A stretch of DNA of 64,000 nt from contig NC_086383.1 in NCBI RefSeq assembly GCF_036588685.1, forward strand, positions 71,176,001 through 71,240,000. Reading direction: 5' to 3'. This stretch comes from Mytilus trossulus. Lineage: Eukaryota. The notes beneath the pieces were generated by a model, which ran no database searches, had not been told where the DNA came from, and worked only from the letters and a program-made list of their open reading frames with translations. This document shows positions 34,693 through 47,456 of this stretch, piece after piece. A program made the translations under genes and the position numbers. Position 1 is the stretch's first letter. Every line of letters starts with the position of its first letter.

Positions 34693-36033
34693 ACTGTTCC
34701 AGACTTCAGTCTGCAGAGGCTATTCAGCACCAAAAGCCCTTTTAAGGGCTACCCAATTTATTCAAAAAGAATCTACAATTGTTGTACATTAGTTATCAAA
34801 CTAAATCTAGCTGAGCCCTACTTTCTCTGAACTTTGCACTGGTCTCTGAAATATTTTTTTGGTCAAATTATTTCCATTGTTTGTTTTATTTCACTCCTTA
34901 TGACTATACTATTTCTAACACCTAAATATGCAGCTGTTGTTTTGGATATTTTTTGTGTAGTTAGGCACCATTAAAGTTATATCAGTGTATTTTCACGCAC
35001 TTGTTAGAACTGAATAAAACTTTTTCTAATCAGTTTTCGTTAGAATGACAATCTACGAAAATAGGAAGTCATGCTAGGGTTTTATTGTGCTCTTTTTTTA
35101 GGGGGAAGGGGGTCAAAATCACACAGCTAACCTTCAACCGAAAAATCATTTTTGTCATTATATGAGTTTTTCCATTTCTCTCTTCTTCTTCGTGTTCAAC
35201 TTGACTGACATTTTTAGTTGGACTTTTTCTACACGTATGCAAAGTCAAAGGTTGGCTCACTATTTCATATCAACTAGTCAATGGGGAGGTAACTCTGAAA
35301 TTAAACTCAGTACTTTTTTTCAGTACTATATAAATAAACTGTTAAAATGTACACAATACAAAAGATGTATAACGTATCGTCAAAATCAGATTAGTAGCAA
35401 ATGAATGCAGTGACGTTTGTCTGTTATATATTTATTTTTTTATTTATTATTTGTCAAAATTACTACAATAATATTGTGTATTAAAATTTAGAAGGAAACT
35501 CTAAAGTACGGAGGTTTTTGTTCAACATTTAACAGTTCTGCAATTATTTTGTCATTTTATTACCTGCGATTTATTATGCAAATTTCACTATTCTCTACCT
35601 TTCGAATTTCACCTTTGTTTTACTCGTGTATAAAATAAATGCACCTACTTGTTTCTATGTTTCTTTCAAATGGTTGTCCTGTGATTTTTCTCTTCTTTTT
35701 TCTCTCTGTTATTTAGTGTGTGACGACTTGACTGTATCTTTGCTATGTCTTTTTAATCTGTCGACAGCACGCGAGGTGAATCAACCCGAAACAATACAGT
35801 GACGTCACATGTGACTACTGTGATGAACAAAAACAAGGATGGATGGACGGACAGTGGTACAAAAGTAAGAAAAAGTTATTTCTCTGATAACAGGTATCGC
35901 GTGAATTGTAGGTTCACGGTATAGGTTTTTTTCTCTCATTTTTGAAGATCATCTATACAGTTGTCTATAATTGCTTACATCCACTTCATTTGAACTATGG
36001 TGGATAGTTGTCTCATTGGCAATCATACCACAT

Positions 36034-36133
36034 NNNNNNNNNNNNNNNNNNNNNNNNNNNNNNNNNNNNNNNNNNNNNNNNNNNNNNNNNNNNNNNNNNN
36101 NNNNNNNNNNNNNNNNNNNNNNNNNNNNNNNNN
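36034..36133. other. Assembly gap (100 N); array orientation switches from + to -
   Basis: Exactly 100 N. Genes are on + to the left and on - to the right. Confidence 0.99.
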
Positions 36134-36326
36134 ACAAACAATGGAAATAATTTGACCAAAAAAATATTTCAGAGACCAGTGCAAAGTTCAGAGAAAGTAG
36201 GGCTCAGCTAGATTTAGTTTGATAACTAATGTACAACAATTGTAGATTCTTTTTGAATAAATTGGGTAGCCCTTAAAAGGGCTTTTGGTGGCTGAATAGC
36301 CTCTGCAGACTGAAGTCTGGAACAGT

Positions 36327-36902
36327 TTACTTCTTCTTTGGTGTCTTCTTGGCTTTTGGTTTGGCTGCCTTCTTTTTGGCTGGTGACTTGGCTGCTGGCT
36401 TCTTTGGCTTGGCTGCTTTCTTTGCTGCTGGTTTTTTTGCTTTTGGTTTGGCCGCCTTTTTCTCTCCAGCTGGTTTCTTTGCTGCTGGCTTCTTTTTCTT
36501 GGGTGTGGTCTTTGCCTTCTTAGGCTTGGCGGCCTTAGGTTTGGCTGCTTTTTTTGCCTTTGCTGGCTTCTTTTTAACCACTTTAGCCTCTCCAATTCTG
36601 AAAGAGCCGGATGCTCCAGTTCCCTTGGACTGCTTCAAACTGTTGTTCTTAACTCCGGCTCTGAGTGCAAGTTTTAAATGAGCATTTACTGACTTGGCAT
36701 CTTTTCCGACGTTGAAGTTGGCCATGATGTACTTCAGAATTGCTTGCCTTGAGGAACCTCCACGTTCTTTCAAAGCGGCGATGGCTTTTCCAATCATCTC
36801 GCTGTATTTAGGATGTGCGGAAGGCTTCTTTGGCTTGGCTGCTGCCTTTTTCTTTGGTGATTTAGCTGGTGCTACTGCTGGTGCTGCTGTTGCGTCTGCC
36901 AT
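36327..36902 (-). CDS. H1: Histone H1, copy 12
   Basis: 191-aa ORF identical to copy 2, on the minus strand. Confidence 0.99.
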   Translation of the reverse strand: MADATAAPAVAPAKSPKKKAAAKPKKPSAHPKYSEMIGKAIAALKERGGSSRQAILKYIMANFNVGKDAKSVNAHLKLALRAGVKNNSLKQSKGTGASGSFRIGEAKVVKKKPAKAKKAAKPKAAKPKKAKTTPKKKKPAAKKPAGEKKAAKPKAKKPAAKKAAKPKKPAAKSPAKKKAAKPKAKKTPKKK

Positions 36903-39845
36903 TTTGAATGATTCAAAATATTATCCTTTACGAAGTTTATACTACGAATAACGATTTGAAAATAACGCCATTCCAGGCCTCGTTTATTTATAACAGACGA
37001 ACGCGGACCTCGACGAAGACACCCTTAAAAATAACTTGTAAAATCCATTACGCGATCTCGGTAAAATGATTATGTGCTTCTTCGAAGACTTTTATGATAA
37101 TTTATAGTATAATTCTATCAAAAACATTCACATATAGCATACCAAATTGCTCAACAGTCATTAATCTTGCATGTTAGATAAACTGTGTATTTTTCGATGT
37201 ACACAGTAAAAAGATATTAATAGTTAAAGTAGAACCGACTGAATTGTCTTCGCAGGTATGTTGACAGAAAATTTACGAGTTTTTCTCATTACACAAATAT
37301 TCTATCGTCGTAAAATTGTACAGCGGAAGAAAAATCATTTCTCTCTAGGTTTCTTTCCGTTTTTATTCACTGGAAGCATGTTCCTCCTCGTAATAAGTTT
37401 GTTTCCAGCTAGAGGGAAACACACAAAAAGTTCACGCGCCATTGTTTAATTGCAGATTTTTACTAAAACTTCAAATAACATTTTTATTCAACCCGAGCGA
37501 AATTTCGCAAACATTCAAGATTCGAATGAACAAACCCAATATCTAGAATACGAATTTGAAACATCTTTTTATTTAATTTAGCGTTGGGAACTTTTCAGAG
37601 AGCGACTTTGTTTTCAGTGGATCTCAGGCACTGAACAACTGTTCTGTATGATGCGTATTCGCTTTTATTTCCATTTTCATGTACAATTTGCGCTCTTTCA
37701 AGTCAAAAACTCGAATATGTCTTATAGAATATACCATATTTTTCAACAAAATATATTTAATTAATTTTATTATCAATAACCGATGATCAGAGCTCAAAGT
37801 GGCCTGGCCGCCTGAAAGTTTCGATACAAACAAAAACAAAACACGAAGATTTTTGTAGTTTTATAATTCGAAAGTGGTACATATCATTTGTATCTTAATT
37901 GACAATTACAAAAGTTCATTTATTTCCCCTAAAAAAGGGGAATGTGTGTCACAGTGAAGACTCTAGCTATACATATGCATTATACCTATATAAGCTATGC
38001 AAGTGAACCCAGAACCGGTAACGGGTGAAGCAGCATCCCGTGACACGGACGATTAAAAAGAGACGGAAGGACAAAAACACATCAGTGTGAACCATTGGAC
38101 TTTGGGCAAAACATTTTCCCACTGTATTGAACTAAACCGCCAGCCCCTCCCCCTTTTTCCAAAAAAAACAAAATCCGGAGAAAAAAGGGGGGATATATAA
38201 TAGGGTTCTCTTTTGAAGACATATTAGCATAGCGTTTAATGGATGTTAGTACAAGATGTAATATGCTGTGTGTGTGGTTTTCTTCTTCATTAAGGCCAAA
38301 TAAAAAAGAATATGTGTGCTTCCTACTCCCTATCTACCTTATATTTTAAGCTTAGTCATAGCATACCTTAAAGATTTTTTTTTTTTTTATCATTTTCCAA
38401 TAAGCACAGATTTTTCAGTCTCCCATGTACGTATATACTAGTAGGCTATGTTTGTGTGTGTCGTTAAGGTGCTGTCATTTCAATATGAAAATAAAGAAGG
38501 AGATGTGGTATGATTGCCAATGAGACAACTATCCACCATAGTTCAAATGAAGTGGATGTAAGCAATTATAGACAACTGTATAGATGATCTTCAAAAATGA
38601 GAGAAAAAAACCTATACCGTGAACCTACAATTCACGCGATACCTGTTATCAGAGAAATAACTTTTTCTTACTTTTGTACCACTGTCCGTCCATCCATCCT
38701 TGTGTTTGTTCATCACAGTAGTCACATGTGACGTCACTGTATTGTTTCGGGTTTATTCACCTCGCGTGCTGTCGACAGATTAAAACGACATAGCAAAGAT
38801 ACAGTCAAGTCGTCACACTAAATAACAGAGAGAAAAAAGAAGAGAAAAATCACAGGACAACCATTTGAAAGAAACATAGAAACAAGTAGGTGCATTTATT
38901 TTATACACGAGTAAAACAAAGGTGAAATTCTAAAGGTAGAGAATAGTGAAATTTGCATAATAAATCGCAGGTAATAAAATGACAAAATAATTGCAGAACT
39001 GTTAAATGTTGAACAAAAACCTCCGTACTTTAGAGTTTCCTTCTAAATTTTAATACACAATATTATTGTAGTAATTTTGACAAATAATAAATAAAAAAAT
39101 AAATATATATAACAGACAAACGTCACTGCATTCATTTGCTACTAATCTGATTTTGACGATACGTTATACATCTTTTGTATTGTGTACATTTTAACAGTTT
39201 ATTTATATAGTACTGAAAAAAAGTACTGAGTTTAATTTCAGAGTTACCTCCCCATTGGCTAGTTGATATGAAATAGTGAGCCAACCTTTGACTTTGCATA
39301 CGTGTAGAAAAAGTCCAACTAAAAATGTCAGTCAAGTTGAACACGAAGAAGAAGAGAGAAATGGAAAAACTCATATAATGACAAAAATGATTTTTCGGTT
39401 GAAGGTTAGCTGTGTGATTTTGACCCCCTTCCCCCTTAAAAAAGAGCACAATAAAACCCTAGCATGACTTCCTATATTCGTAGATTGTCATTCTAACGAA
39501 AACTGATTAGAAAAAGTTTTATTCAGTTCTAACAAGTGCGTGAAAATACACTGATATAACTTTAATGGTGCCTAACTACACAAAAAATATCCAAAAAAAA
39601 CAGCTGCATACTTAGGTGTTAGAAATAGTATAGTCATAAGGAGTGAAATAAAACAAACAATGGAAATAATTTGACCAAAAAAATATTTCAGAGACCAGTG
39701 CAAAGTTCAGAGAAAGTAGGGCTCAGCTAGATTTAGTTTGATAACTAATGTACAACAATTGTAGATTCTTTTTGAATAAATTGGGTAGCCCTTAAAAGGG
39801 CTTTTGGTGGCTGAATAGCCTCTGCAGACTGAAGTCTGGAACAGT

Positions 39846-40421
39846 TTACTTCTTCTTTGGTGTCTTCTTGGCTTTTGGTTTGGCTGCCTTCTTTTTGGCT
39901 GGTGACTTGGCTGCTGGCTTCTTTGGCTTGGCTGCTTTCTTTGCTGCTGGTTTTTTTGCTTTTGGTTTGGCCGCCTTTTTCTCTCCAGCTGGTTTCTTTG
40001 CTGCTGGCTTCTTTTTCTTGGGTGTGGTCTTTGCCTTCTTAGGCTTGGCGGCCTTAGGTTTGGCTGCTTTTTTTGCCTTTGCTGGCTTCTTTTTAACCAC
40101 TTTAGCCTCTCCAATTCTGAAAGAGCCGGATGCTCCAGTTCCCTTGGACTGCTTCAAACTGTTGTTCTTAACTCCGGCTCTGAGTGCAAGTTTTAAATGA
40201 GCATTTACTGACTTGGCATCTTTTCCGACGTTGAAGTTGGCCATGATGTACTTCAGAATTGCTTGCCTTGAGGAACCTCCACGTTCTTTCAAAGCGGCGA
40301 TGGCTTTTCCAATCATCTCGCTGTATTTAGGATGTGCGGAAGGCTTCTTTGGCTTGGCTGCTGCCTTTTTCTTTGGTGATTTAGCTGGTGCTACTGCTGG
40401 TGCTGCTGTTGCGTCTGCCAT
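39846..40421 (-). CDS. H1: Histone H1, copy 13 (flanked by variant-type spacers)
   Basis: 191-aa ORF identical to copy 2. Confidence 0.99.
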   Translation of the reverse strand: MADATAAPAVAPAKSPKKKAAAKPKKPSAHPKYSEMIGKAIAALKERGGSSRQAILKYIMANFNVGKDAKSVNAHLKLALRAGVKNNSLKQSKGTGASGSFRIGEAKVVKKKPAKAKKAAKPKAAKPKKAKTTPKKKKPAAKKPAGEKKAAKPKAKKPAAKKAAKPKKPAAKSPAKKKAAKPKAKKTPKKK

Positions 40422-43356
40422 TTTGAATGATTCAAAATATTATCCTTTACGAAGTTTATACTACGAATAACGATTTGAAAATAACGCCATTCCAGGCCTC
40501 GTTTATTTATAACAGACGAACGCGGACCTCGACGAAGACACCCTTAAAAATAACTTGTAAAATCCATTACGCGATCTCGGTAAAATGATTATGTGCTTCT
40601 TCGAAGACTTTTATGATAATTTATAGTATAATTCTATCAAAAACATTCACATATAGCATACCAAATTGCTCAACAGTCATTAATCTTGCATGTTAGATAA
40701 ACTGTGTATTTTTCGATGTACACAGTAAAAAGATATTAATAGTTAAAGTAGAACCGACTGAATTGTCTTCGCAGGTATGTTGACAGAAAATTTACGAGTT
40801 TTTCTCATTACACAAATATTCTATCGTCGTAAAATTGTACAGCGGAAGAAAAATCATTTCTCTCTAGGTTTCTTTCCGTTTTTATTCACTGGAAGCATGT
40901 TCCTCCTCGTAATAAGTTTGTTTCCAGCTAGAGGGAAACACACAAAAAGTTCACGCGCCATTGTTTAATTGCAGATTTTTACTAAAACTTCAAATAACAT
41001 TTTTATTCAACCCGAGCGAAATTTCGCAAACATTCAAGATTCGAATGAACAAACCCAATATCTAGAATACGAATTTGAAACATCTTTTTATTTAATTTAG
41101 CGTTGGGAACTTTTCAGAGAGCGACTTTGTTTTCAGTGGATCTCAGGCACTGAACAACTGTTCTGTATGATGCGTATTCGCTTTTATTTCCATTTTCATG
41201 TACAATTTGCGCTCTTTCAAGTCAAAAACTCGAATATGTCTTATAGAATATACCATATTTTTCAACAAAATATATTTAATTAATTTTATTATCAATAACC
41301 GATGATCAGAGCTCAAAGTGGCCTGGCCGCCTGAAAGTTTCGATACAAACAAAAACAAAACACGAAGATTTTTGTAGTTTTATAATTCGAAAGTGGTACA
41401 TATCATTTGTATCTTAATTGACAATTACAAAAGTTCATTTATTTCCCCTAAAAAAGGGGAATGTGTGTCACAGTGAAGACTCTAGCTATACATATGCATT
41501 ATACCTATATACAAGTGAACCCAGAACCGGTAACGGGTGAAGCAGCATCCGTGACACGGACGATTAAAAAGAGACGGAAGGACAAAAACACATCAGTGTG
41601 AACCATTGGACTTTGGGCAAAACATTTTCCCACTGTATTGAACTAAACCGCCAGCCCCTCCCCCTTTTTCCAAAAAAACAAAATCCGGAGAAAAAAGGGG
41701 GGATATATAATAGGGTTCTCTTTTGAAGACATATTAGCATAGCGTTTAATGGATGTTAGTACAAGATGTAATATGCTGTGTGTGTGGTTTTCTTCTTCAT
41801 TAAGGCCAAATAAAAAAAAGAATATGTGTGCTTCCTACTCCCTATCTACCTTATATTTTAAGCTTAGTCATAGCATACCTTAAAGATTTTTTTTTTTTTA
41901 TCATTTTCCAATAAGCACAGATTTTCTCAGTCTCCCATGTACGTATATACTAGTAGGCTATGTTTGTGTGTGTCGTTAAGGTGCTGTCATTTCAATATGA
42001 AAATAAGGAAGGAGATGTGGTATGATTGCCAATGAGACAACTATCCACCATAGTTCAAATGAAGTGGATGTAAGCAATTATAGACAACTGTATAGATGAT
42101 CTTCAAAAATGAGAGAAAAAAACCTATACCGTGAACCTACAATTCACGCGATACCTGTTATCAGAGAAATAACTTTTTCTTACTTTTGTACCACTGTCCG
42201 TCCATCCATCCTTGTTTTTGTTCATCACAGTAGTCACATGTGACGTCACTGTATTGTTTCGGGTTGATTCACCTCGCGTGCTGTCGACAGATTAAAAAGA
42301 CATAGCAAAGATACAGTCAAGTCGTCACACACTAAATAACAGAGAGAAAAAAGAAGAGAAAAATCACAGGACAACCATTTGAAAGAAACATAGAAACAAG
42401 TAGGTGCATTTATTTTATACACGAGTAAAACAAAGGTGAAATTCGAAAGGTAGAGAATAGTGAAATTTGCATAATAAATCGCAGGTAATAAAATGACAAA
42501 ATAATTGCAGAACTGTTAAATGTTGAACAAAAACCTCCGTACTTTAGAGTTTCCTTCTAAATTTTAATACACAATATTATTGTAGTAATTTTGACAAATA
42601 ATAAATAAAAAAATAAATATATAACAGACAAACGTCACTGCATTCATTTGCTACTAATCTGATTTTGACGATACGTTATACATCTTTTGTATTGTGTACA
42701 TTTTAACAGTTTATTTATATAGTACTGAAAAAAAGTACTGAGTTTAATTTCAGAGTTACCTCCCCATTGACTAGTTGATATGAAATAGTGAGCCAACCTT
42801 TGACTTTGCATACGTGTAGAAAAAGTCCAACTAAAAATGTCAGTCAAGTTGAACACGAAGAAGAAGAGAGAAATGGAAAAACTCATATAATGACAAAAAT
42901 GATTTTTCGGTTGAAGGTTAGCTGTGTGATTTTGACCCCCTTCCCCCTAAAAAAAGAGCACAATAAAACCCTAGCATGACTTCCTATTTTCGTAGATTGT
43001 CATTCTAACGAAAACTGATTAGAAAAAGTTTTATTCAGTTCTAACAAGTGCGTGAAAATACACTGATATAACTTTAATGGTGCCTAACTACACAAAAAAT
43101 ATCCAAAACAACAGCTGCATATTTAGGTGTTAGAAATAGTATAGTCATAAGGAGTGAAATAAAACAAACAATGGAAATAATTTGACCAAAAAAATATTTC
43201 AGAGACCAGTGCAAAGTTCAGAGAAAGTAGGGCTCAGCTAGATTTAGTTTGATAACTAATGTACAACAATTGTAGATTCTTTTTGAATAAATTGGGTAGC
43301 CCTTAAAAGGGCTTTTGGTGGCTGAATAGCCTCTGCAGACTGAAGTCTGGAACAGT

Positions 43357-43932
43357 TTACTTCTTCTTTGGTGTCTTCTTGGCTTTTGGTTTGGCTGCCT
43401 TCTTTTTGGCTGGTGACTTGGCTGCTGGCTTCTTTGGCTTGGCTGCTTTCTTTGCTGCTGGTTTTTTTGCTTTTGGTTTGGCCGCCTTTTTCTCTCCAGC
43501 TGGTTTCTTTGCTGCTGGCTTCTTTTTCTTGGGTGTGGTCTTTGCCTTCTTAGGCTTGGCGGCCTTAGGTTTGGCTGCTTTTTTTGCCTTTGCTGGCTTC
43601 TTTTTAACCACTTTAGCCTCTCCAATTCTGAAAGAGCCGGATGCTCCAGTTCCCTTGGACTGCTTCAAACTGTTGTTCTTAACTCCGGCTCTGAGTGCAA
43701 GTTTTAAATGAGCATTTACTGACTTGGCATCTTTTCCGACGTTGAAGTTGGCCATGATGTACTTCAGAATTGCTTGCCTTGAGGAACCTCCACGTTCTTT
43801 CAAAGCGGCGATGGCTTTTCCAATCATCTCGCTGTATTTAGGATGTGCGGAAGGCTTCTTTGGCTTGGCTGCTGCCTTTTTCTTTGGTGATTTAGCTGGT
43901 GCTACTGCTGGTGCTGCTGTTGCGTCTGCCAT
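43357..43932 (-). CDS. H1: Histone H1, copy 14
   Basis: 191-aa ORF identical to copy 2. Confidence 0.99.
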   Translation of the reverse strand: MADATAAPAVAPAKSPKKKAAAKPKKPSAHPKYSEMIGKAIAALKERGGSSRQAILKYIMANFNVGKDAKSVNAHLKLALRAGVKNNSLKQSKGTGASGSFRIGEAKVVKKKPAKAKKAAKPKAAKPKKAKTTPKKKKPAAKKPAGEKKAAKPKAKKPAAKKAAKPKKPAAKSPAKKKAAKPKAKKTPKKK

Positions 43933-46880
43933 TTTGAATGATTCAAAATATTATCCTTTACGAAGTTTATACTACGAATAACGATTTGAAAATAACGCCA
44001 TTCCAGGCCTCGTTTATTTATAACAGACGAACGCGGACCTCGACGAAGACACCCTTAAAAATAACTTGTAAAATCCATTACGCGATCTCGGTAAAATGAT
44101 TATGTGCTTCTTCGAAGACTTTTATGATAATTTATAGTATAATTCTATCAAAAACATTCACATATAGCATACCAAATTGCTCAACAGTCATTAATCTTGC
44201 ATGTTAGATAAACTGTGTATTTTTCGATGTACACAGTAAAAAGATATTAATAGTTAAAGTAGAACCGACTGAATTGTCTTCGCAGGTATGTTGACAGAAA
44301 ATTTACGAGTTTTTCTCATTACACAAATATTCTATCGTCGTAAAATTGTACAGCGGAAGAAAAATCATTTCTCTCTAGGTTTCTTTCCGTTTTTATTCAC
44401 TGGAAGCATGTTCCTCCTCGTAATAAGTTTGTTTCCAGCTAGAGGGAAACACACAAAAAGTTCACGCGCCATTGTTTAATTGCAGATTTTTACTAAAACT
44501 TCAAATAACATTTTTATTCAACCCGAGCGAAATTTCGCAAACATTCAAGATTCGAATGAACAAACCCAATATCTAGAATACGAATTTGAAACATCTTTTT
44601 ATTTAATTTAGCGTTGGGAACTTTTCAGAGAGCGACTTTGTTTTCAGTGGATCTCAGGCACTGAACAACTGTTCTGTATGATGCACATTCGCTTTTATTT
44701 CCATTTTCATGTACAATTTGCGCACTTTCAAGTCAAAAACTCGAATATGTCTTATAGAATATACCATATTTTTCAACAAAATATATTTAATTAATTTTAT
44801 TATCAATAACCGATGATCAGAGCTCAAAGTGGCCTGGCCGCCTGAAAGTTTCGATACAAACAAAAACAAAAACAAAACACGAAGATTTTTGTAGTTTTAT
44901 AATTCGAAAGTGGTACATATCATTTGTATCTTAATGGACAATTACAAAAGTTCATTTATTTCCCCTCAAAAAGGGGAATGTGTGTCACAGTGAAGACTCT
45001 AGCTATACATATGCATTATACCTATATAAGCTATGCAAGTGAACCCAGAACCGGTAACGGGTGAAGCAGCATCCCGTGACACGGACGATTAAAAAGAGAC
45101 GGAAGGACAAAAACACATCAGTGTGAACCATTGGACTTTGGGCAAAACATTTTCCCACTGTATTGAACTAAACCGCCAGCCCCTCCCCCTTTTTCCAAAA
45201 AAACAAAATCCGGAGAAAAAAGGGGGGATATATAATAGGGTTCTCTTTTGAAGACATATTAGCATAGCGTTTAATGGATGTTAGTACAAGATGTAATATG
45301 CTGTGTGTGTGGTTTTCTTCTTCATTAAGGCCAAATAAAAAAAAGAATATGTGTGCTTCCTACTCCCTATCTACCTTATATTTTAAGCTTAGTCATAGCA
45401 TACCTTAAAGATTTTTTTTTTTTTTATCATTTTCCAATAAGCACAGATTTTCTCAGTCTCCCATGTACGTATATACTAGTAGGCTATGTTTGTGTGTGTC
45501 GTTAAGGTGCTGTCATTTCAATATGAAAATAAGGAAGGAGATGTGGTATGATTGCCAATGAGACAACTATCCACCATAGTTCAAATGAAGTGGATGTAAG
45601 CAATTATAGACAACTGTATAGATGATCTTCAAAAATGAGAGAAAAAAACCTATACCGTGAACCTACAATTCACGCGATACCTGTTATCAGAGAAATAACT
45701 TTTTCTTACTTTTGTACCACTGTCCGTCCATCCATCCTTGTTTTTGTTCATCACAGTAGTCACATGTGACGTCACTGTATTGTTTCGGGTTGATTCACCT
45801 CGCGTGCTGTCGACAGATTAAAAAGACATAGCAAAGATACAGTCAAGTCGTCACACACTAAATAACAGAGAGAAAAAAGAAGAGAAAAATCACAGGACAA
45901 CCATTTGAAAGAAACATAGAAACAAGTAGGTGCATTTATTTTATACACGAGTAAAACAAAGGTGAAATTCGAAAGGTAGAGAATAGTGAAATTTGCATAA
46001 TAAATCGCAGGTAATAAAATGACAAAATAATTGCAGAACTGTTAAATGTTGAACAAAAACCTCCGTACTTTAGAGTTTCCTTCTAAATTTTAATACACAA
46101 TATTATTGTAGTAATTTTGACAAATAATAAATAAAAAAATAAATATATAACAGACAAACGTCACTGCATTCATTTGCTACTAATCTGATTTTGACGATAC
46201 GTTATACATCTTTTGTATTGTGTACATTTTAACAGTTTATTTATATAGTACTGAAAAAAAGTACTGAGTTTAATTTCAGAGTTACCTCCCCATTGACTAG
46301 TTGATATGAAATAGTGAGCCAACCTTTGACTTTGCATACGTGTAGAAAAAGTCCAACTAAAAATGTCAGTCAAGTTGAACACGAAGAAGAAGAGAGAAAT
46401 GGAAAAACTCATATAATGACAAAAATGATTTTTCGGTTGAAGGTTAGCTGTGTGATTTTGACCCCCTTCCCCCTAAAAAAAGAGCACAATAAAACCCTAG
46501 CATGACTTCCTATTTTCGTAGATTGTCATTCTAACGAAAACTGATTAGAAAAAGTTTTATTCAGTTCTAACAAGTGCGTGAAAATACACTGATATAACTT
46601 TAATGGTGCCTAACTACACAAAAAATATCCAAAACAACAGCTGCATATTTAGGTGTTAGAAATAGTATAGTCATAAGGAGTGAAATAAAACAAACAATGG
46701 AAATAATTTGACCAAAAAAATTTCAGAGACCAGTGCAAAGTTCAGAGAAAGTAGGGCTCAGCTAGATTTAGTTTGATAACTAATGTACAACAATTGTAGA
46801 TTCTTTTTGAATAAATTGGGTAGCCCTTAAAAGGGCTTTTGGTGGCTGAATAGCCTCTGCAGACTGAAGTCTGGAACAGT

Positions 46881-47456
46881 TTACTTCTTCTTTGGTGTCT
46901 TCTTGGCTTTTGGTTTGGCTGCCTTCTTTTTGGCTGGTGACTTGGCTGCTGGCTTCTTTGGCTTGGCTGCTTTCTTTGCTGCTGGTTTTTTTGCTTTTGG
47001 TTTGGCCGCCTTTTTCTCTCCAGCTGGTTTCTTTGCTGCTGGCTTCTTTTTCTTGGGTGTGGTCTTTGCCTTCTTAGGCTTGGCGGCCTTAGGTTTGGCT
47101 GCTTTTTTTGCCTTTGCTGGCTTCTTTTTAACCACTTTAGCCTCTCCAATTCTGAAAGAGCCGGATGCTCCAGTTCCCTTGGACTGCTTCAAACTGTTGT
47201 TCTTAACTCCGGCTCTGAGTGCAAGTTTTAAATGAGCATTTACTGACTTGGCATCTTTTCCGACGTTGAAGTTGGCCATGATGTACTTCAGAATTGCTTG
47301 CCTTGAGGAACCTCCACGTTCTTTCAAAGCGGCGATGGCTTTTCCAATCATCTCGCTGTATTTAGGATGTGCGGAAGGCTTCTTTGGCTTGGCTGCTGCC
47401 TTTTTCTTTGGTGATTTAGCTGGTGCTACTGCTGGTGCTGCTGTTGCGTCTGCCAT
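46881..47456 (-). CDS. H1: Histone H1, copy 15
   Basis: 191-aa ORF identical to copy 2. Confidence 0.99.
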   Translation of the reverse strand: MADATAAPAVAPAKSPKKKAAAKPKKPSAHPKYSEMIGKAIAALKERGGSSRQAILKYIMANFNVGKDAKSVNAHLKLALRAGVKNNSLKQSKGTGASGSFRIGEAKVVKKKPAKAKKAAKPKAAKPKKAKTTPKKKKPAAKKPAGEKKAAKPKAKKPAAKKAAKPKKPAAKSPAKKKAAKPKAKKTPKKK

